Shown here: positions 25,401-40,400 of the stretch, in pieces
Position numbering within the stretch: the stretch's first letter is position 1
How the letters are laid out: the number at the start of each line of letters is the position of its first letter
Source of the DNA: Antedon mediterranea
Lineage: Eukaryota > Animalia > Echinodermata
DNA length: 64,000 bases
NCBI RefSeq assembly: GCF_964355755.1
Contig: NC_092673.1
Coordinates: 29,819,648 to 29,883,647, forward strand
Direction of reading: 5' to 3'
Made by a program: the position numbers and the translations under genes
Notes under the pieces: generated by a model
Told to the model about the DNA's origin: nothing
Database searches by the model: none
What the model saw: only the letters and a program-made list of their open reading frames with translations

Positions 25401-28400
25401 ACACTTAGTGAAGGAAGGGAACAAACACCTATGTCAAAGGTCACCAACAGGAGTGACAGACACTTAGTGAAGGAAGGGAACAAACACGTATGTCAAAGGT
25501 CACCAACAGGAGTGACACACACTTACTGAAGGAAGGGAACAAAGAACTGTTTGTCCTCATCCACTTCTGTATTGCCATTCATAACCTCTGTTATGTCTAG
25601 TGCAGCCACGCCAAATGGTCTCCTCAAACCCTGAGTTCGTTTCCTCCCATGATCTCCATCTTTCGTTTCCATAATACCTAGCAAAAATTTAGCAAGTTTT
25701 TCATCAGAAATATAACTATGTTATAAATAAAACCTAAGCATAAAATTGTAATATTTAAATTAACATTTTAAATCGTGCCTAATTTAATAAATTATAAAAA
25801 ACATTTGTTACGTTCGCAGATACGAAGTATTTTGTGGATTTGAGATGGTTATGCCATGCCATTGCTCTGATTGGGGAAAATAAGTGTGCTACATCGCAGG
25901 ACGTTCAGCGTTCGTGACGTGATAACTTACCTATTCTCACAATCTGACAAACCAAATAGGCTTTCTCTCTTTTCAAATCATTTGCTCCAAGATCCTGCGA
26001 AATATAAAATTTGACAATGCATAAAAATAACAACAACAATTCTAAAAAGTATTTTAAGATAAGAAACTTACTTTTCACTCTCAACGATGGAAGACATTGT
26101 TATTTATGTAGTAATAATGAGAATTTCGAATAAAGTTTAACATCAATCAAAAAAACAAAATAAAAGATTGGGAATACAAACCGTGTAGAGACATTTCAGA
26201 TTGTACAAATCATCTATGTTGCGAACTTTTCTACTCCATTTCACTATGTAAAATTCACTGAGAAGAGAAAAAAAATTAAAAACTAAATTTAATGGTTAAC
26301 TATTAAGCTTGGTCTAAACTATCAAACTAGTTTGACAAAATGTGCCCAAATATGGTGGTGATACGACATCATCGTATACAGAGTATATCTAGGGTGATGA
26401 TCAAACAATGATTTAAAAAAAAATAAATTGTTACTATTTTAAAGAGATTGAATAAAGTGTTATCAATTAGTAAGTTAGCTTTTATGTTGACAAAACAAAC
26501 TTTTATCAAACAATTTTCCGTATGCAAAACATTCAAGTTAAACAAGAAGAAACTTTTACCTAAAAAATTGTCCTAACTTAGCGTCATAGAGACTGATAAG
26601 AATATCAGTATCGTCGCCAACATTGCACACAAAATTCTTAATAAAAACAAAGATAGAAGAGGACTGTGACGCCAGTGTTTTCTTCTTATTCACATGAAGT
26701 TCAGATCCCATCTAGAAAGCAGAAAAAAAGATTGAAAAAAAGATTAGTTATTTGATTGTAAACAAATGTTATAATTTAGCATATACAGTCTCACAATTTT
26801 GAATAACTTACCCGGTGAAATCTCTTAGTTCTTTTAAAACCAAATTATTATTATCTAAATACTTTTTTAAAATAATTTTGATGTTGAAAATGTTTGTAGT
26901 TGGTCACTTTCTTGTAGATGCTTTAATTGTAGAATGTAATTTTGTTGTTGGTTAATTTCTGTGCTGTTCTGGGTTGACAAACTAGCATAGGTGTTTAGCT
27001 GTTTGGTCTTTCGTTTTTTATTTTGTCTTTTTCTTTGTGTTGTATATGGCAGAAATTGAATAAATAAATAACTTGATTAATGAAGTTTTTTTTTATAAAA
27101 TGTTCTCAGCCCTGTTGATAATTACAAATTTAATGAAAGACAGAAAATGTGGAAAACTGAGAGGTTGGTAGAGGATACAAAAATGGGCAAACACTGAAGG
27201 ATTTATACTCATTATTTCTAAATCAATAATTCAAATTAAAGAGCTATAATCGCTTCAAAACTAACCGTTTCTTGGTACTCGTGTCGTATCCTCTGTGTTG
27301 CCCGTACGTGTTCGTCATAAATTTCTAACGTACTAAGTTGTTTAGGATTCTGTACACCACCATCTTGGTCACGCACAACAAGATCTAAGTCCAATAACCT
27401 GTAAATGAAAAATATAAATACTTAACATAGCTTGTTCCTCCACTTTTCTTCTCTTTTTTTTTTCGTTATATTTTTTGGTGTGTAGAGTAATATACTTATT
27501 AATATATATCCATACTCCATACTCTAATATATATCCATATACCTATTTCCATAATCAAAATACCAATTTAATCAATATACCTATTTCCATAATCAATATA
27601 CCAATTTAATCAATATACCTATTTCAATAATCAATATACAAATTTAATCAATATATCCATAATCAATTTCCATAATCAATATACAAATTTAATCAATATA
27701 CCAATTTAATTAATATATCCATAATCAATATATCTATTATTAATATACCAATTTAATCAATATACCTTTTTCAATAATTAATATACCAATTTATTCAATA
27801 TACCTATTTCAATAATCAATATACAAATTTAATCAATATATCCATAATCAATTTCCATAATCTCTAATATATATCCATATACCTATTTCCATAATCAAAA
27901 TACCAATTTAATCAATATACCTATTTCCATAATCAATATACCAATTTAATCAATATACCTATTTCAATAATCAATATACAAATTTAATCAATATATCCAT
28001 AATCAATTTCCATAATCAATATACAAATTTAATCAATATACCAATTTAATTAATATATCCATAATCAATATTTCTATTATTAATATACCAATTTAATCAA
28101 TATACCTTTTTCAATAATTAATATACCAATTTATTCAATATACCTATTTCCATAATCAATATATCAATTTAATCAATATATCCATAATGAATATACCCAT
28201 TTAATCAATATATCCATAATCAATATATCAATTTATTCAATATACCTATTTCCATAATCTATATATCAATTTAATCAATATTTCCATAATCAATATACCA
28301 ATTTAATCAATATATCCATAATCAATATACCAATTTTATTCAATATACATATTTCCATAATCAATATACCAATTTAATCAATATATCCATAATCTATATA

Positions 28401-31400
28401 CCAATTTAATCAATATACCTATTTCCATAATCAATCTTTGATGTAACAAACTGCTTTAGTTCTTTCATATCATCTACTGGAAGAGTTCCTGACAAGATTT
28501 GACGTCGTTTATCTATCATCTCAAACATCATTTGCCGTATATCCTCAAACATTTTCATTTTTTGTTGCTGAATAATAACAATATGATACAAAGGAAAATT
28601 AGACACAAATAATAATTACACGAAAAGCAAAATATAAAATTATATTCTGTCAATAAAAATGCAATAGATAATAAGGGATACATTTAGGACCCAACTCTCA
28701 ATAACGGTTTGCCAATAATTTTAAAACATATATTGCCCCTCATTCATTTCTACTGTAGATAAAATGTAATTCCACAAATAAAGACATAGCTGTTTTAATT
28801 ATTATCATTCCCTTGTAATGTAAAATAAGTGGCATTGTTTTAAAAGAACTTATACAATCACAGATCCCTCACACTGATCATCAACAAGGGTCCCAGCTTA
28901 AAAGATTTCCTTATTTTGAGTTCCCTTTCCCATACATTTTGATGACTTTCTTGTACATAAACTTATGTTTAAGTTTATGGAATAAAAATTGATTTGATTG
29001 ATATTGCACTATAGTACTACTACTGGACACATTTCTTTCCATCATTATCATGTCTTATTGGTCAGATATTTTGCGCTACTCCGCTGTAATTTGTACTCAT
29101 ACATTTAAGAATACTTCAGAAAAAATTTAGTGGAAGGGGGGGGGGGGGGTCAGGGTAGGGCAAAACATCTGACCAATTACTCAACTCCCTGATGCAAAGC
29201 TACTCCACAGCATACAATTACAACCCTATCATATCTTTGTAATACAGTTTAAAGATTGTTTTAAATTAACTTATACAATCATAGATTCCTCAACACATAC
29301 TGCATTAAGCTTGACACATTTCTTTCAAAGGCAGCGGTTTGCATCATTATCACGTATACAATTTAAAGATATTATGCTTGACACATTTCTTTCAAAGGCA
29401 GCAGTTTTCATCATTATCATGAATACAATTTAAAGATATTGTGTTTGACACATTTCTTCACACTAATTTATTAAGAAATAATATGATGACAGATGTTGTT
29501 AGAATGTAAATCAGTCAATCACATTACAGTGATTTGATTACTGTCTAACACTATAAATGAGATGTGACAAAACCTCTCCAATTTGCATTCAATTACTGGT
29601 AACTGACGACATCTAAATGTTATTATTGTATCAATAACTTATTACATTTTCCGTGACCGACGACGTCTAAATGTTATTAATTACAAACATCAGTTATTGA
29701 GGAAATGCAATTCATTTAATGTTAATTGACAGATTAAACATTGATATCATTTTGTATACATGATAGAATTAAAAGCAGGAAATCATTCAACTAAGTGAAA
29801 ATGAAAGATGACCTTCATAGAATCTAAGTCACTGACACTGTTATGTGATATTTGTAGCAAAACTGTGACAATTACTGTCTGGGACATTCTCAACATCAGG
29901 ATGTCAAACCTAATTCATGTTTTTAAAATATTTTATATTAATATTATTAAATTAATCTCAATTAATTAATTAAATAAGCAATTCTAATACAACTAATAAA
30001 TAATTTTTATTTTCTGGCGTGGACATCAGCAGGTAATTCTTTCGTCATGTGCTGTTTTTATTAAATGTTTTGTGACAATACGTTTTGTTTAATAACTTCT
30101 TGATGTGAAGTTGATATGTAAATAGTGCTTAATAAAATAAATAAATAAATGAAGACTGGCTTTCTTTCTATGTAATATGAAATAACTGTTGCAGACAGGA
30201 ATAGAAACTTCAACATTATTGTTTACTACGATCTTTCTGGCTGTTTTACTTTATTGTTTTGATTTAGCTTTTTGCTTATTTCATTTGTATCTCCATTGAG
30301 ATCCAGCCACTGATACCCACAGCATTGTCATTTTGTATCTCCATTGAGATCCAGCCACTGATACCCACAGCATTGTCATTTTGTATCTCCATTGAGATCC
30401 AGCCACTGATACCCACAGCATTGTCATTTTGTATCTCCATTGAGATCCAGCCACTGATACCCACAGCATTGTCATTTTGTATCTCCATTTAGATCCAGCC
30501 ACTGATACCCACGGCATTGTCATTTTGTATCTCCATTGAGATCCAGCCACTGATACCCACAGCATTGTCAAATTGTATCTCCATTGAGATCCAGCCACTG
30601 ATACCCACAGCATTGTCATTTTGTATCTCCATTGAGATCCAGCCACTGATACCCACAGCATTGTCATTTTGTATCTCCATTGAGATCCAGCCACTGATAC
30701 CCACAGCATTGTCATTTTGTATCTCCATTGAGATCCAGCCACTGATACCCACAGCATTGTCATTTTGTATCTCCATTGAGATCCAGCCACTGATACCCAC
30801 AGCATTGTCATTTTGTACTTCCATTGAGATCCAGCCACTGATACCCACAGCATTGTCATTTTGTATCTCCATTGAGATCCAGCCACTGATACCTACAGCA
30901 TTGTCATTTTGTATCTCCATTGAGATCCAGCCACTGATACCCACAGCATTGTCATTTTGTATCTCCATTGAGATCCAGCCACTGATACCTACAGCATTGT
31001 CATTTTGTATCTCCATTGAGATCCAGCCACTGATACCTACAGCATTGTCATTTTGTATCTCCATTGAGATCCAGCCACTGATACCCACAGCATTGTCATT
31101 TTGTATCTCCATTGAGATCCAGCCACTGATACCCACAGCATTGTCATTTTGTATCTCCATTGAGATCCAGCCACTGATACCCACAGCATTGTCATTTTGT
31201 ATCTCCATTGAGATCCAGCCACTGATACCTACAGCATTGTCATTTTGTATCTCCATTGAGATCCAGCCACTGATACCCACAGCATTGTCATTTTGTATCT
31301 CCATTGAGATCCAGCCACTGATACCCACAGCATTGTCATTTTGTATCTCCATTGAGATCCAGCCACTGATACCCACAGCATTGTCATTTTGTACTTCCAT

Positions 31401-34400
31401 TGAGATCCAGCCACTGATACCCACAGCATTGTCATTTTGTATCTCCATTGAGATCCAGCCACTGATACCCACAGCATTGTCATTTTGTATCTCCATTGAG
31501 ATCCAGCCACTGATACCCACAGCATTGTCATTTTGTATCTCCATTGAGATCCAGCCACTGATACCCACAACATTGTCATTTTGTATCTCCATTGAGATCC
31601 AGCCACTGATACCCACAACATTGTCATTTTGTATCTCCATTGAGATCCAGCCACACTGATACCCACAGCATTGTCATTTTAATTTGCCTTTGGAATTATT
31701 AATAAATATATAGATAACTATCACCATATCATATAGAATGCAACTAATTGTCGTATTTGATTGGGACTTTTACCACTGAGTATAGTTTTTCTTGACAAAA
31801 AAAGCGTGTTAACTTTTTCTATTCAAATGATTTTCTGTTGAGCACAAGCTGTTTACAATTTACAATTCGAATACAAAAGCACTCTTTATGTTGACAATGA
31901 AAGTTCCGAATCGAATACGACAATTGTCACTAAACTTACGATGAAGAGGTCTCTCCATATGATTCCCCATTCCCGTAGCACTGAGGTCACTTCTTTAACA
32001 ACTGGACTTTCCTTTGGAGTCACCTGCTCCTGGTCATTGCTTTGAAAAAAAAAAGTTTAATTACTATAAAGGAAAAAAATCATACAATGAATTCCAGATC
32101 GTGCAACAGGAAAGAATAAAATGATGCAAAAGTGTCTTTTTTATCTTCGTCATGCATTCCAATTCCATGCGGATAGGTAGGACGAATGCAGACGAGATGG
32201 GAAGGCTTACCGTCTTGTAATCCCAATGGATACGTGAGGGTGAAATCCTATAGGAAATCTATATTGAAGTGTAAATAAGCTTATAAATAAAGGTTAGTGC
32301 ATTTTATCTACTAATTGAATATACTAGATTTTAAATAATAACTCTATCTACTGTAAAGCTCTGTCAACACTACTAGAAAAAAAAAGGTGTGAAGTTACAA
32401 ATATGCCCAAATATGGTAGTGATTTGACATCATCATGTCCATATATGGGCACATCATATTTTTTGTCACATAAAGTTTGATAGTGTAGACAGACCTTTAA
32501 GCGTGATTCCCTAGGTCTTAGCTTTTCCCAAATGAATGTTTAATAAATAATTAATAAGTAAATAAATTGGGCAACTTTTATGAAAATATACAAATTACAT
32601 GCTTTATAGATTTGCTAATAAGGTATAACAGGTATATTAATAGAAAAAAAATAATCATTAAGGTAAAACTGTAATAGAACAAGGAAGGAACTATATCAAA
32701 ATAGTCTATGTTTGATTCTAAAAATAGATTGGAAGATAAATGAAGGAGGTGTTATGGGTCAAAACTTGTAGATAACATTTCTTTACAAAAATGAGGAAGT
32801 AACATGTACTGTATCTTCTTGGGATGAGAAATGGACGAGCTAGACATTTATAAATTTAAAATAAACATCCACAGAGATGGTGGGTTTGAATCCCCTAATA
32901 GAACGATTTGAATTATAAAATATCAGGCGATTCATTTAAACAGTACAATATTCACATCCATTAAATCGAAATTAAATTATTTTAATTTGAAGGAATTTAA
33001 ACTAATTTTAAAGATTATCAAATCTGTAATATTTACTAAATACTCAGGAATTGAAGTACCATCCTTTCAGAGCAAATATAAAGGATATCACTTGTTCTAC
33101 TACAACTGTATATTGATATAATTTGCTTAAATTTCTAATAGAAATGTTATTGGCATCGTAAATATAGTACCAACAATGAGTCATTACTTAGACATGGACC
33201 TAAATCTATTCTTTCAAATTTTCTATCAGAACCTACTGTAATAGTTACAGTAGCTCCAATTTTTACTCAACCTATATGAGTCCTTTCACGGTAAACCAAC
33301 ACATAAAGGTGTATTTTTTATATACTGAATACACTAAAAAAATATGATGATAGAATATATTTTTTTTTTTTTTATTATTATGGCATTTATGTATATATAA
33401 AATAAACAATATAAACACCATAGGACTTTTTTTCCCATTGTGTTACTTGAATACAAACTAGTACTGGTCACTTTCTCACTGTGAAAAACCTTACATTGAT
33501 TTATACTTAAACTGGACAAGGCATATATTTATTTTTACTCCAAACCCACAATGTTTGTTCATGATTATAATTCAACAATAATATCGAAAATAAATCATGT
33601 GAAAAGACCAAAAAAATCGAACATATTTAACAATGAAAAAAAGTTACTGAAAGATGGCATTAACGGACGTAACTGTCGTATGTCAAAAAATAGCCCAATT
33701 TCACACAACCACTATTGCTACAAAGTAAATAAAAAGTAATACAAAAATGCGACAAAATAATTTTCTAACAAGAATTATATTTGGTAAATAATCTAAACTA
33801 TTCCACAACAAGTTGTTTTATTATTAAATAACTTTATTAGATAAAGTTAACTTCGTATGTCAAAATTGATGTTACGCCCGTGAAAAGCCAACATCACACC
33901 AGATCGGTAATCAGGCGATAAGCGAGTCTTGCAGGCGATGACATTTTCTCCCGCTCTCACCTTATCGCGCCAATGCAAAATTGAGGGCTGGAAAATCAGG
34001 CAAGCGAAAGCTTACCGCGAAATCACTGTGAATGTCAAGGAAGTTACGCCCGTGACATTGTTACGTCCGTGAGTATATTTTTCCATATTAATAATGATTT
34101 CAGGTTTACTATTATTTTATTTTGTTTAAATTAAAGTTTAAATTAACAAACAACGTTCAGGGACGAAACGACTACAATATGACGACATGTTGACAACGTA
34201 AACAATCTCTAGATTCGAAAAAGTAGAGAGTTCATTCACGGACGAACATTGACACACACTGACTATTAGCCATAAAAGGGTGTGTAAATAAGTTAAATAA
34301 CACGTAGTTTAACAGATATTTATGCATATCTTTGATGGATATTAATTAATTATATTATAAACAACAAATCTTTTAACATTAATTAAATTGTTATGCTAAA

Positions 34401-37400
34401 TTTATGAAAATAAAGCCAAATTAATCCCCTCTAACGGCGCTCGGTAAAACGTTATAATGCATACCCCGGTGAGCCAATGTGCTGGAATGACGTCATCATC
34501 AACCAATGAACAGTCTTGGTGATGACGTCAAATCACGGGGAAACCCATTTATTTAATACAGTACGTTTAGTGATTTAATAACTAAAAAATTAATATCAAA
34601 CCTATTGTTAAAATGTATGAGTTTAAATGGAGGAGGGGGAAGGGGGGTTGCGGAGCCGCGCGCGATGGGAAGGGATTAAAATACACTATTCATGTGTCAT
34701 ATCCCCTGGGTCAGTGACGAATGGGGACAGGGGGGGGGGGAATTAAGAGGGAGGGGATTTTTTTTTTTTTTTTTTTTTTGGTTTTTTTTAAAATATGTAG
34801 TGGGTCATAACTAAATAGATAGCTGTGTTAAACACAAATGTAAGTAGGGTGTAGTTATTTTTGTTTAATATTGAAAGATAATGAGGTAGGCCTATCATTT
34901 TTCTATTTAAACAAAAATCAGTGCATGACACAATATAATAAAAACTACAAATATTTATTTTCAATAGTTTTTGATAAATAAATAGGTTTGAGAGTATTTT
35001 CATTTGTTCTTACCTGACTGTCTTATTCAACTTGACTTTATTAAACTTTATCTTCCAACTTTACTCATAATCATTCATTGTTTATGTATTATTAGCTTTT
35101 TTGTTTGTTTCATATTATCACAGCTCTATAAAAGTAATGACTAAAATACTAAAAAATGTATGTCAATGTTCGTCCGTTATACTAAAATGGTAAATACGTG
35201 GGCATCATTAAAGAAGATTTTTGTTAAAATAAAATTAATGGTATGCTTTTAATTAAATAGATAGTGGTGTGATTGGATGAAATCAATTATATAAAAACTT
35301 AGTAAACAATTTTGATTAAAAATTCCATGTTATATAAAAATTCATATGTTTCGATTTGTAAGAATGGATTCTGAAAGTGTTTATTTCATGATTCTTGAAA
35401 AAAAAAGAATAGCATTCATAATTTTTAGTGTTAAACTTTCTAAGTTCATGAAGTTTAATAAAATAGTTGAATAAATTGACTAACCTCTGTAGTTTTATAT
35501 CTGTTTCTTGCATCTGTGTATGTCAATGTTACACCCGTGATATGTTCCACCATGTTACAAACAACCACATTTTTTATATTGAACACACTCAAAAGTTATC
35601 TTTTGACTTTTGTTTTATAAAGCTAAATTAAATTACCTAATAATACCCTAAGTTTGAACAATAAATATATACATTTAGTTTTTTTGAAAAATGTAAGGTT
35701 TGGTGTTGGTTTACTGTGAAAGGACTCATATACGTATGCAGTTCCTTCTACGAGTGAGAAATACATTTTTTCTGTTAAAAATACTATAATTAAGGGGTAA
35801 ACATTAACAGCTGTCAGGATAAAAACATACCCATTTAGTTCCACTGTTGCTTCCTTCAATTGTATAAAAGACTTGGGGAAAATTCCCTAAAAGAAAAAAT
35901 ATAATAAATGTATTGTATTAGTAATCTGTATTCATATAGCGAGACAACAAATACCATAAAAAATACTTTCTGATAAAGCAGACTTTCACCTAATTCAATA
36001 AACTATTTAGTACACACTCACAAACCATGTTATGATAGCTTCTGTGACAACCCCAGATTCTAAAATTGGCATAGGCACAGAAGCTATTACAACATCCTTT
36101 GAAAGCAGTGGCTATGAAAAGCCAAAAAAGTCTAAATTACTGGTACCAATCAATCAGAATTCTTTTTTAAAAATGTTTATACTAAGTTGCCATTCTTAAA
36201 TGAATTAATTGTGTCTATTTTTTTATAATCAAAATGGACCTCACCTTAAGTGCTTTGTTTTTGGTACAATAACCCCGATACCAACCTACAAAAAGCAACA
36301 ATAAAATAATAAACAGTCATTATTTTTCCCATTTATTAAAAAAAAAAATATTATATTGTATTAATAATTATTAAATACATAAAAGGAATGCAAATGCTTA
36401 TTAAAATTTCAACAACAAAAATGTTTAAAAAAAACAGTATTACAATGATAAAAATATCAACATAACAATTGACATTGGCTGTTACTAATCTTCTTGGATC
36501 ATCAATGAATAACACAAGAAGCTTTAAACAACCAACCAATCAAATTTAATGAAGTACTGTACAATAAATTAAGTATGTGAGAATTACAATATCCAGAGTA
36601 CTTAAGTCCACCACAAGTAGATGTTCAAGCCCTCTTGCTATCCCAAGGGGGTTAATTATCCACATACCAATACATACAATCACAAATGTCAAACAATGTA
36701 TTGCCTGTTATTGTTAATAGAATATAAACCGATTGCTATTTGTTAGTTACACTCTGCTATATATACACACACATACAATAATAGCAACAGAGTAATGGGT
36801 GTACACTAGGGTACCTTGAGTGACATAAAAAATGTACCTTGTTTATTACTAGGTCAGTGTAGGCGTCAGTATTTAGTGGGACCAATAAAACAGGCATTAA
36901 AGCGTTAGGTCCAATTTCTTTAAAATTCAAGGACATGCACTACAGAATCTTCCAATTGGTCACTATTACATCATAGAGTGGAATGTATACAAAAATAGAC
37001 AAAGATAAACAAGGCTACTCATTTCCCACCATTTCTATGTCAAAATATTTATCGTTTTTCTGGTAGGAAGCATTACAGTATATTACATAGCCTATGTAAA
37101 TACGTGAACGTGATTGGTTGAAACTGCGTCACATGACTACCGCTGCGAGGATCGTAAATCGTATATATCCTCGAGAACGATGATATTGACTGAGTAATTT
37201 TCGCGTAATTATCGTGTCCCCTGTCATTAATCATATAAATTCTCGCGTTCGTTGATATTGACTGTGTAATTTTTGTGTGCAACACTCACGTTTGCCGATA
37301 AATAAACAAAAGTCATCTACTGGATCTTGAACTCGGGATGGAATTGTCACTCCATAACAAGACAACGCTTCAACTGCTGCGCCACGGAACTTGCTTGAAG

Positions 37401-40400
37401 AAATTAATCTTTTAAACTATTTAAGCTATGCATACATAGCGCCCTCATTTGTTATTAGTCCTCCCTAAATGTGATGAAACACCGTTTGTGATTGGTCAAA
37501 ACTCACGGTAGTAACCTAGTAACTAGTACGCGCTGAACATCCGGCGATTCGGCTCCTCGAAGAGAAGAAGACGAATTGCTTATTTGGCTTACCTGATTAT
37601 AATATTATTATTAATAGGCTTATTGATGGAAATTCTTCTGTTAATCTAAACGACCTAGGCCTAAGTGAAAATTTTATTGCCAAGGAATCATTAATTAGTA
37701 ATTATCTGTATATTATTCTTCGCAAGGTATAGGTGTCTAGGCAGGCTTCACCCAACCCAGCAGACTTGTTCTTGGCTATATAATATAACAGATATCGCCT
37801 TTTATATCGGTAAAATATAAGATTTGACATCCCCGAGGGAATGATATTAAGTTCGAGGAAATATATATTCCCAGAGAACTTAATATCATTCCCTCGGGGA
37901 TGTCAAATCTTATATTTAACCTCTAAGCAGTCAATATCTGTATAATATTATACATAGTAACTACTGTACAGTATTACTATGAGAAAAATCATTGAATTAC
38001 TAATAACTCAATCCCTTTTTTTATACAGTATGTGTATATGAGGTACAGTACTGTCCTTACGAACCTAATTTCACTACTGGTATATTCTCTAGATTTATTT
38101 TTTTTTTTTCTATTCAATCGAAACCAACAGCGATATTTACCGCCACTAAATAACAGGTTTGATACAAACAAAGCCAGGACTGTTTAAAGCACCTTGATTG
38201 GTCCTAACATTGATCAAGGGCTTCTCTCGTCCAGTGCCTACCTTCACCAGAGGAAAGGCAGATACTAGATTCATGGGCTGCCATAACAGGGCTCGATTTT
38301 TTAAATTTTACTAGCTAGACCACTGGGCTTGTTCAATGTGAGTTTCACTAGCCCACTGGATGTTTCACTAGTCCGCTTATTGACTAAATCTTACTGGGTA
38401 TATACCACACACCTGAATCAAAACTAACTAAACTACTGTAAGTTCTAGTTAGTTTATAAATACAGTAGTGCCACAGACAAAAAGTTTATCATGTAAAGCA
38501 TGAGTGAATGCACTAAATTGCTCTCCTTGTTGTACTGTATTTCAAATAAAATATGACCGCCCAACCCCACTATCCTCACACACTAAATCCTAGCACCTAC
38601 TCATGGACTTTGAACTATACTGCGGTAATTTTTTTATAGAAATCCGGCCATGGCCTAACTTGACTGGGTGCCATTGGCCAACCAGGCATACTCTGGCTAG
38701 CTAGGCTAGGCCTATAATAAATAATATAGGGCTATCTAGGCCTAGAACTAGGCCTAGAAATTAAAAACAAAAAAGTACCTGTATTTCACAAAGTAATACT
38801 AAAAAAAATATTAATGACAAGTTACTATTAAGTATATCATTTGAATATTACATCTTAAAAATGTAATTAAGGAAAGGGTATTTGGCTGTGTTTACATACA
38901 GAAGTCACACACGTCGCAATGCTTGTTGCTAGAAGAGCTAGACCAGCTGCTGGGATGGTGAGACCAAAGATACTATAGCGCCACGAAGTGGCGCAAGATA
39001 GGGAACTCCTATCTCTTATACACTGCGCATGAGTGAAATTCCATGGGCAGCCATTCCGGCAAGCAAGTTACGCGATCACATACCCCGGAAGTGTATAATA
39101 AACCATTGAACCACATCCACGTGTGACGTGTTATTGTTTGTTCGGGAAGTTTTCTCGTGTTGTATTGGGTAAATTGTAGTGGTAAGTTTTTAGAATATAT
39201 ATTTTTTTGTTAGTAAACATTAACAAAATTATTAAATTGTTGTTTAAATTTAGTTCAGGCAGGCGTTTCTGCGCAATCCGATCTAGGGCCTAGTACTAGT
39301 AGTAGTAGGCCTGGGCATATTTAAAGCCGAATACTAGGCCTAGTTTAGTTAGTATGATTAATAAAAAAAAGTCTGGGAGGATGAATGATATTGATTGGCG
39401 TCTTGATGATAGATGGATCAAACAAGGCTTGGATGGATGGAAGATTAAGAAAAAAACTGAAGCTGTTCGGGAATTAGGAATTTTTAATAAAAATGTACAA
39501 GACAATATAGCGTTTTATTAATAATAACATTAACAGAAATAATTAAATGTAATGAAATCAAAAATCGTGAGGATGTTGTTATTGTTGTTAATTTGTCGTT
39601 GTCTTGCTTTACATGTTTGTTTGTCTTGTTTTGTTTCTGTTTGTTTAAACTCCAATATGATTACAATTTCTTAACTGGCTACCCGTCACAAGTTTTTTTG
39701 GAGGGAAACCTCCAAATGTTATTACTTTCTGGGTGTTGCCTCTTAATTATTTATATTTAAATTGTTATTTTGTTTACTTTGAAATGATAAGAAATAAATG
39801 TTATTATGAATGAATGAATTGTTTGTTTTTTTTATTTAATAAATTTAAATTATAAATTTGATCCTCATATTTATTTTGTTCTTCATCTTTATTTGAAAAA
39901 TATTTAGTTAATTAATGTAAACATTTTTGAATACTTACAATTATTAATAAATAGTATATTGACTTTTGTTTTGAATTTAAAAATGTATAGTATTTTAAAA
40001 TACTATAATAAGTAATCAAATGATTATGTAACAGTTCGAAAAGTGACCTAATAATTTAATGATATATTTTTCCCTATTTCAGAAAGATATAAGTCTCATC
40101 ATACTGTAAAATTGAGAAGATAGATGATTGAGTGCAAAGTGGTATTTTACACAAGAATTAAATACAAAGGCCAGAACTGATGGACAATTATATTTCAATA
40201 GTAATAATAGTTTATATTTTTGATTCTTGAAAAGGAGCAGTATCCTATGGGATTACAAATAAAATTTTCACACACCTCATACTTTTAAGTGAAAGGAAAT
40301 AACCAGAATTCAGTTATTATCAGTACTGTTGTTTAGGCCTATTGGCTTCTTTTGTAATACAAGAAATCAAAATAATAGAATTTTCCTTGTATTTAAGAAG

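Noticed and set aside
24745-25543. CRISPR-like appearance of the tandem arrays
   Set aside because: No unique spacers, no cas genes, eukaryotic intron
30276-31666. Long ORFs (383, 380, 201 aa) in several frames
   Set aside because: Products of a stop-free 48-bp minisatellite in an intron, open on both strands
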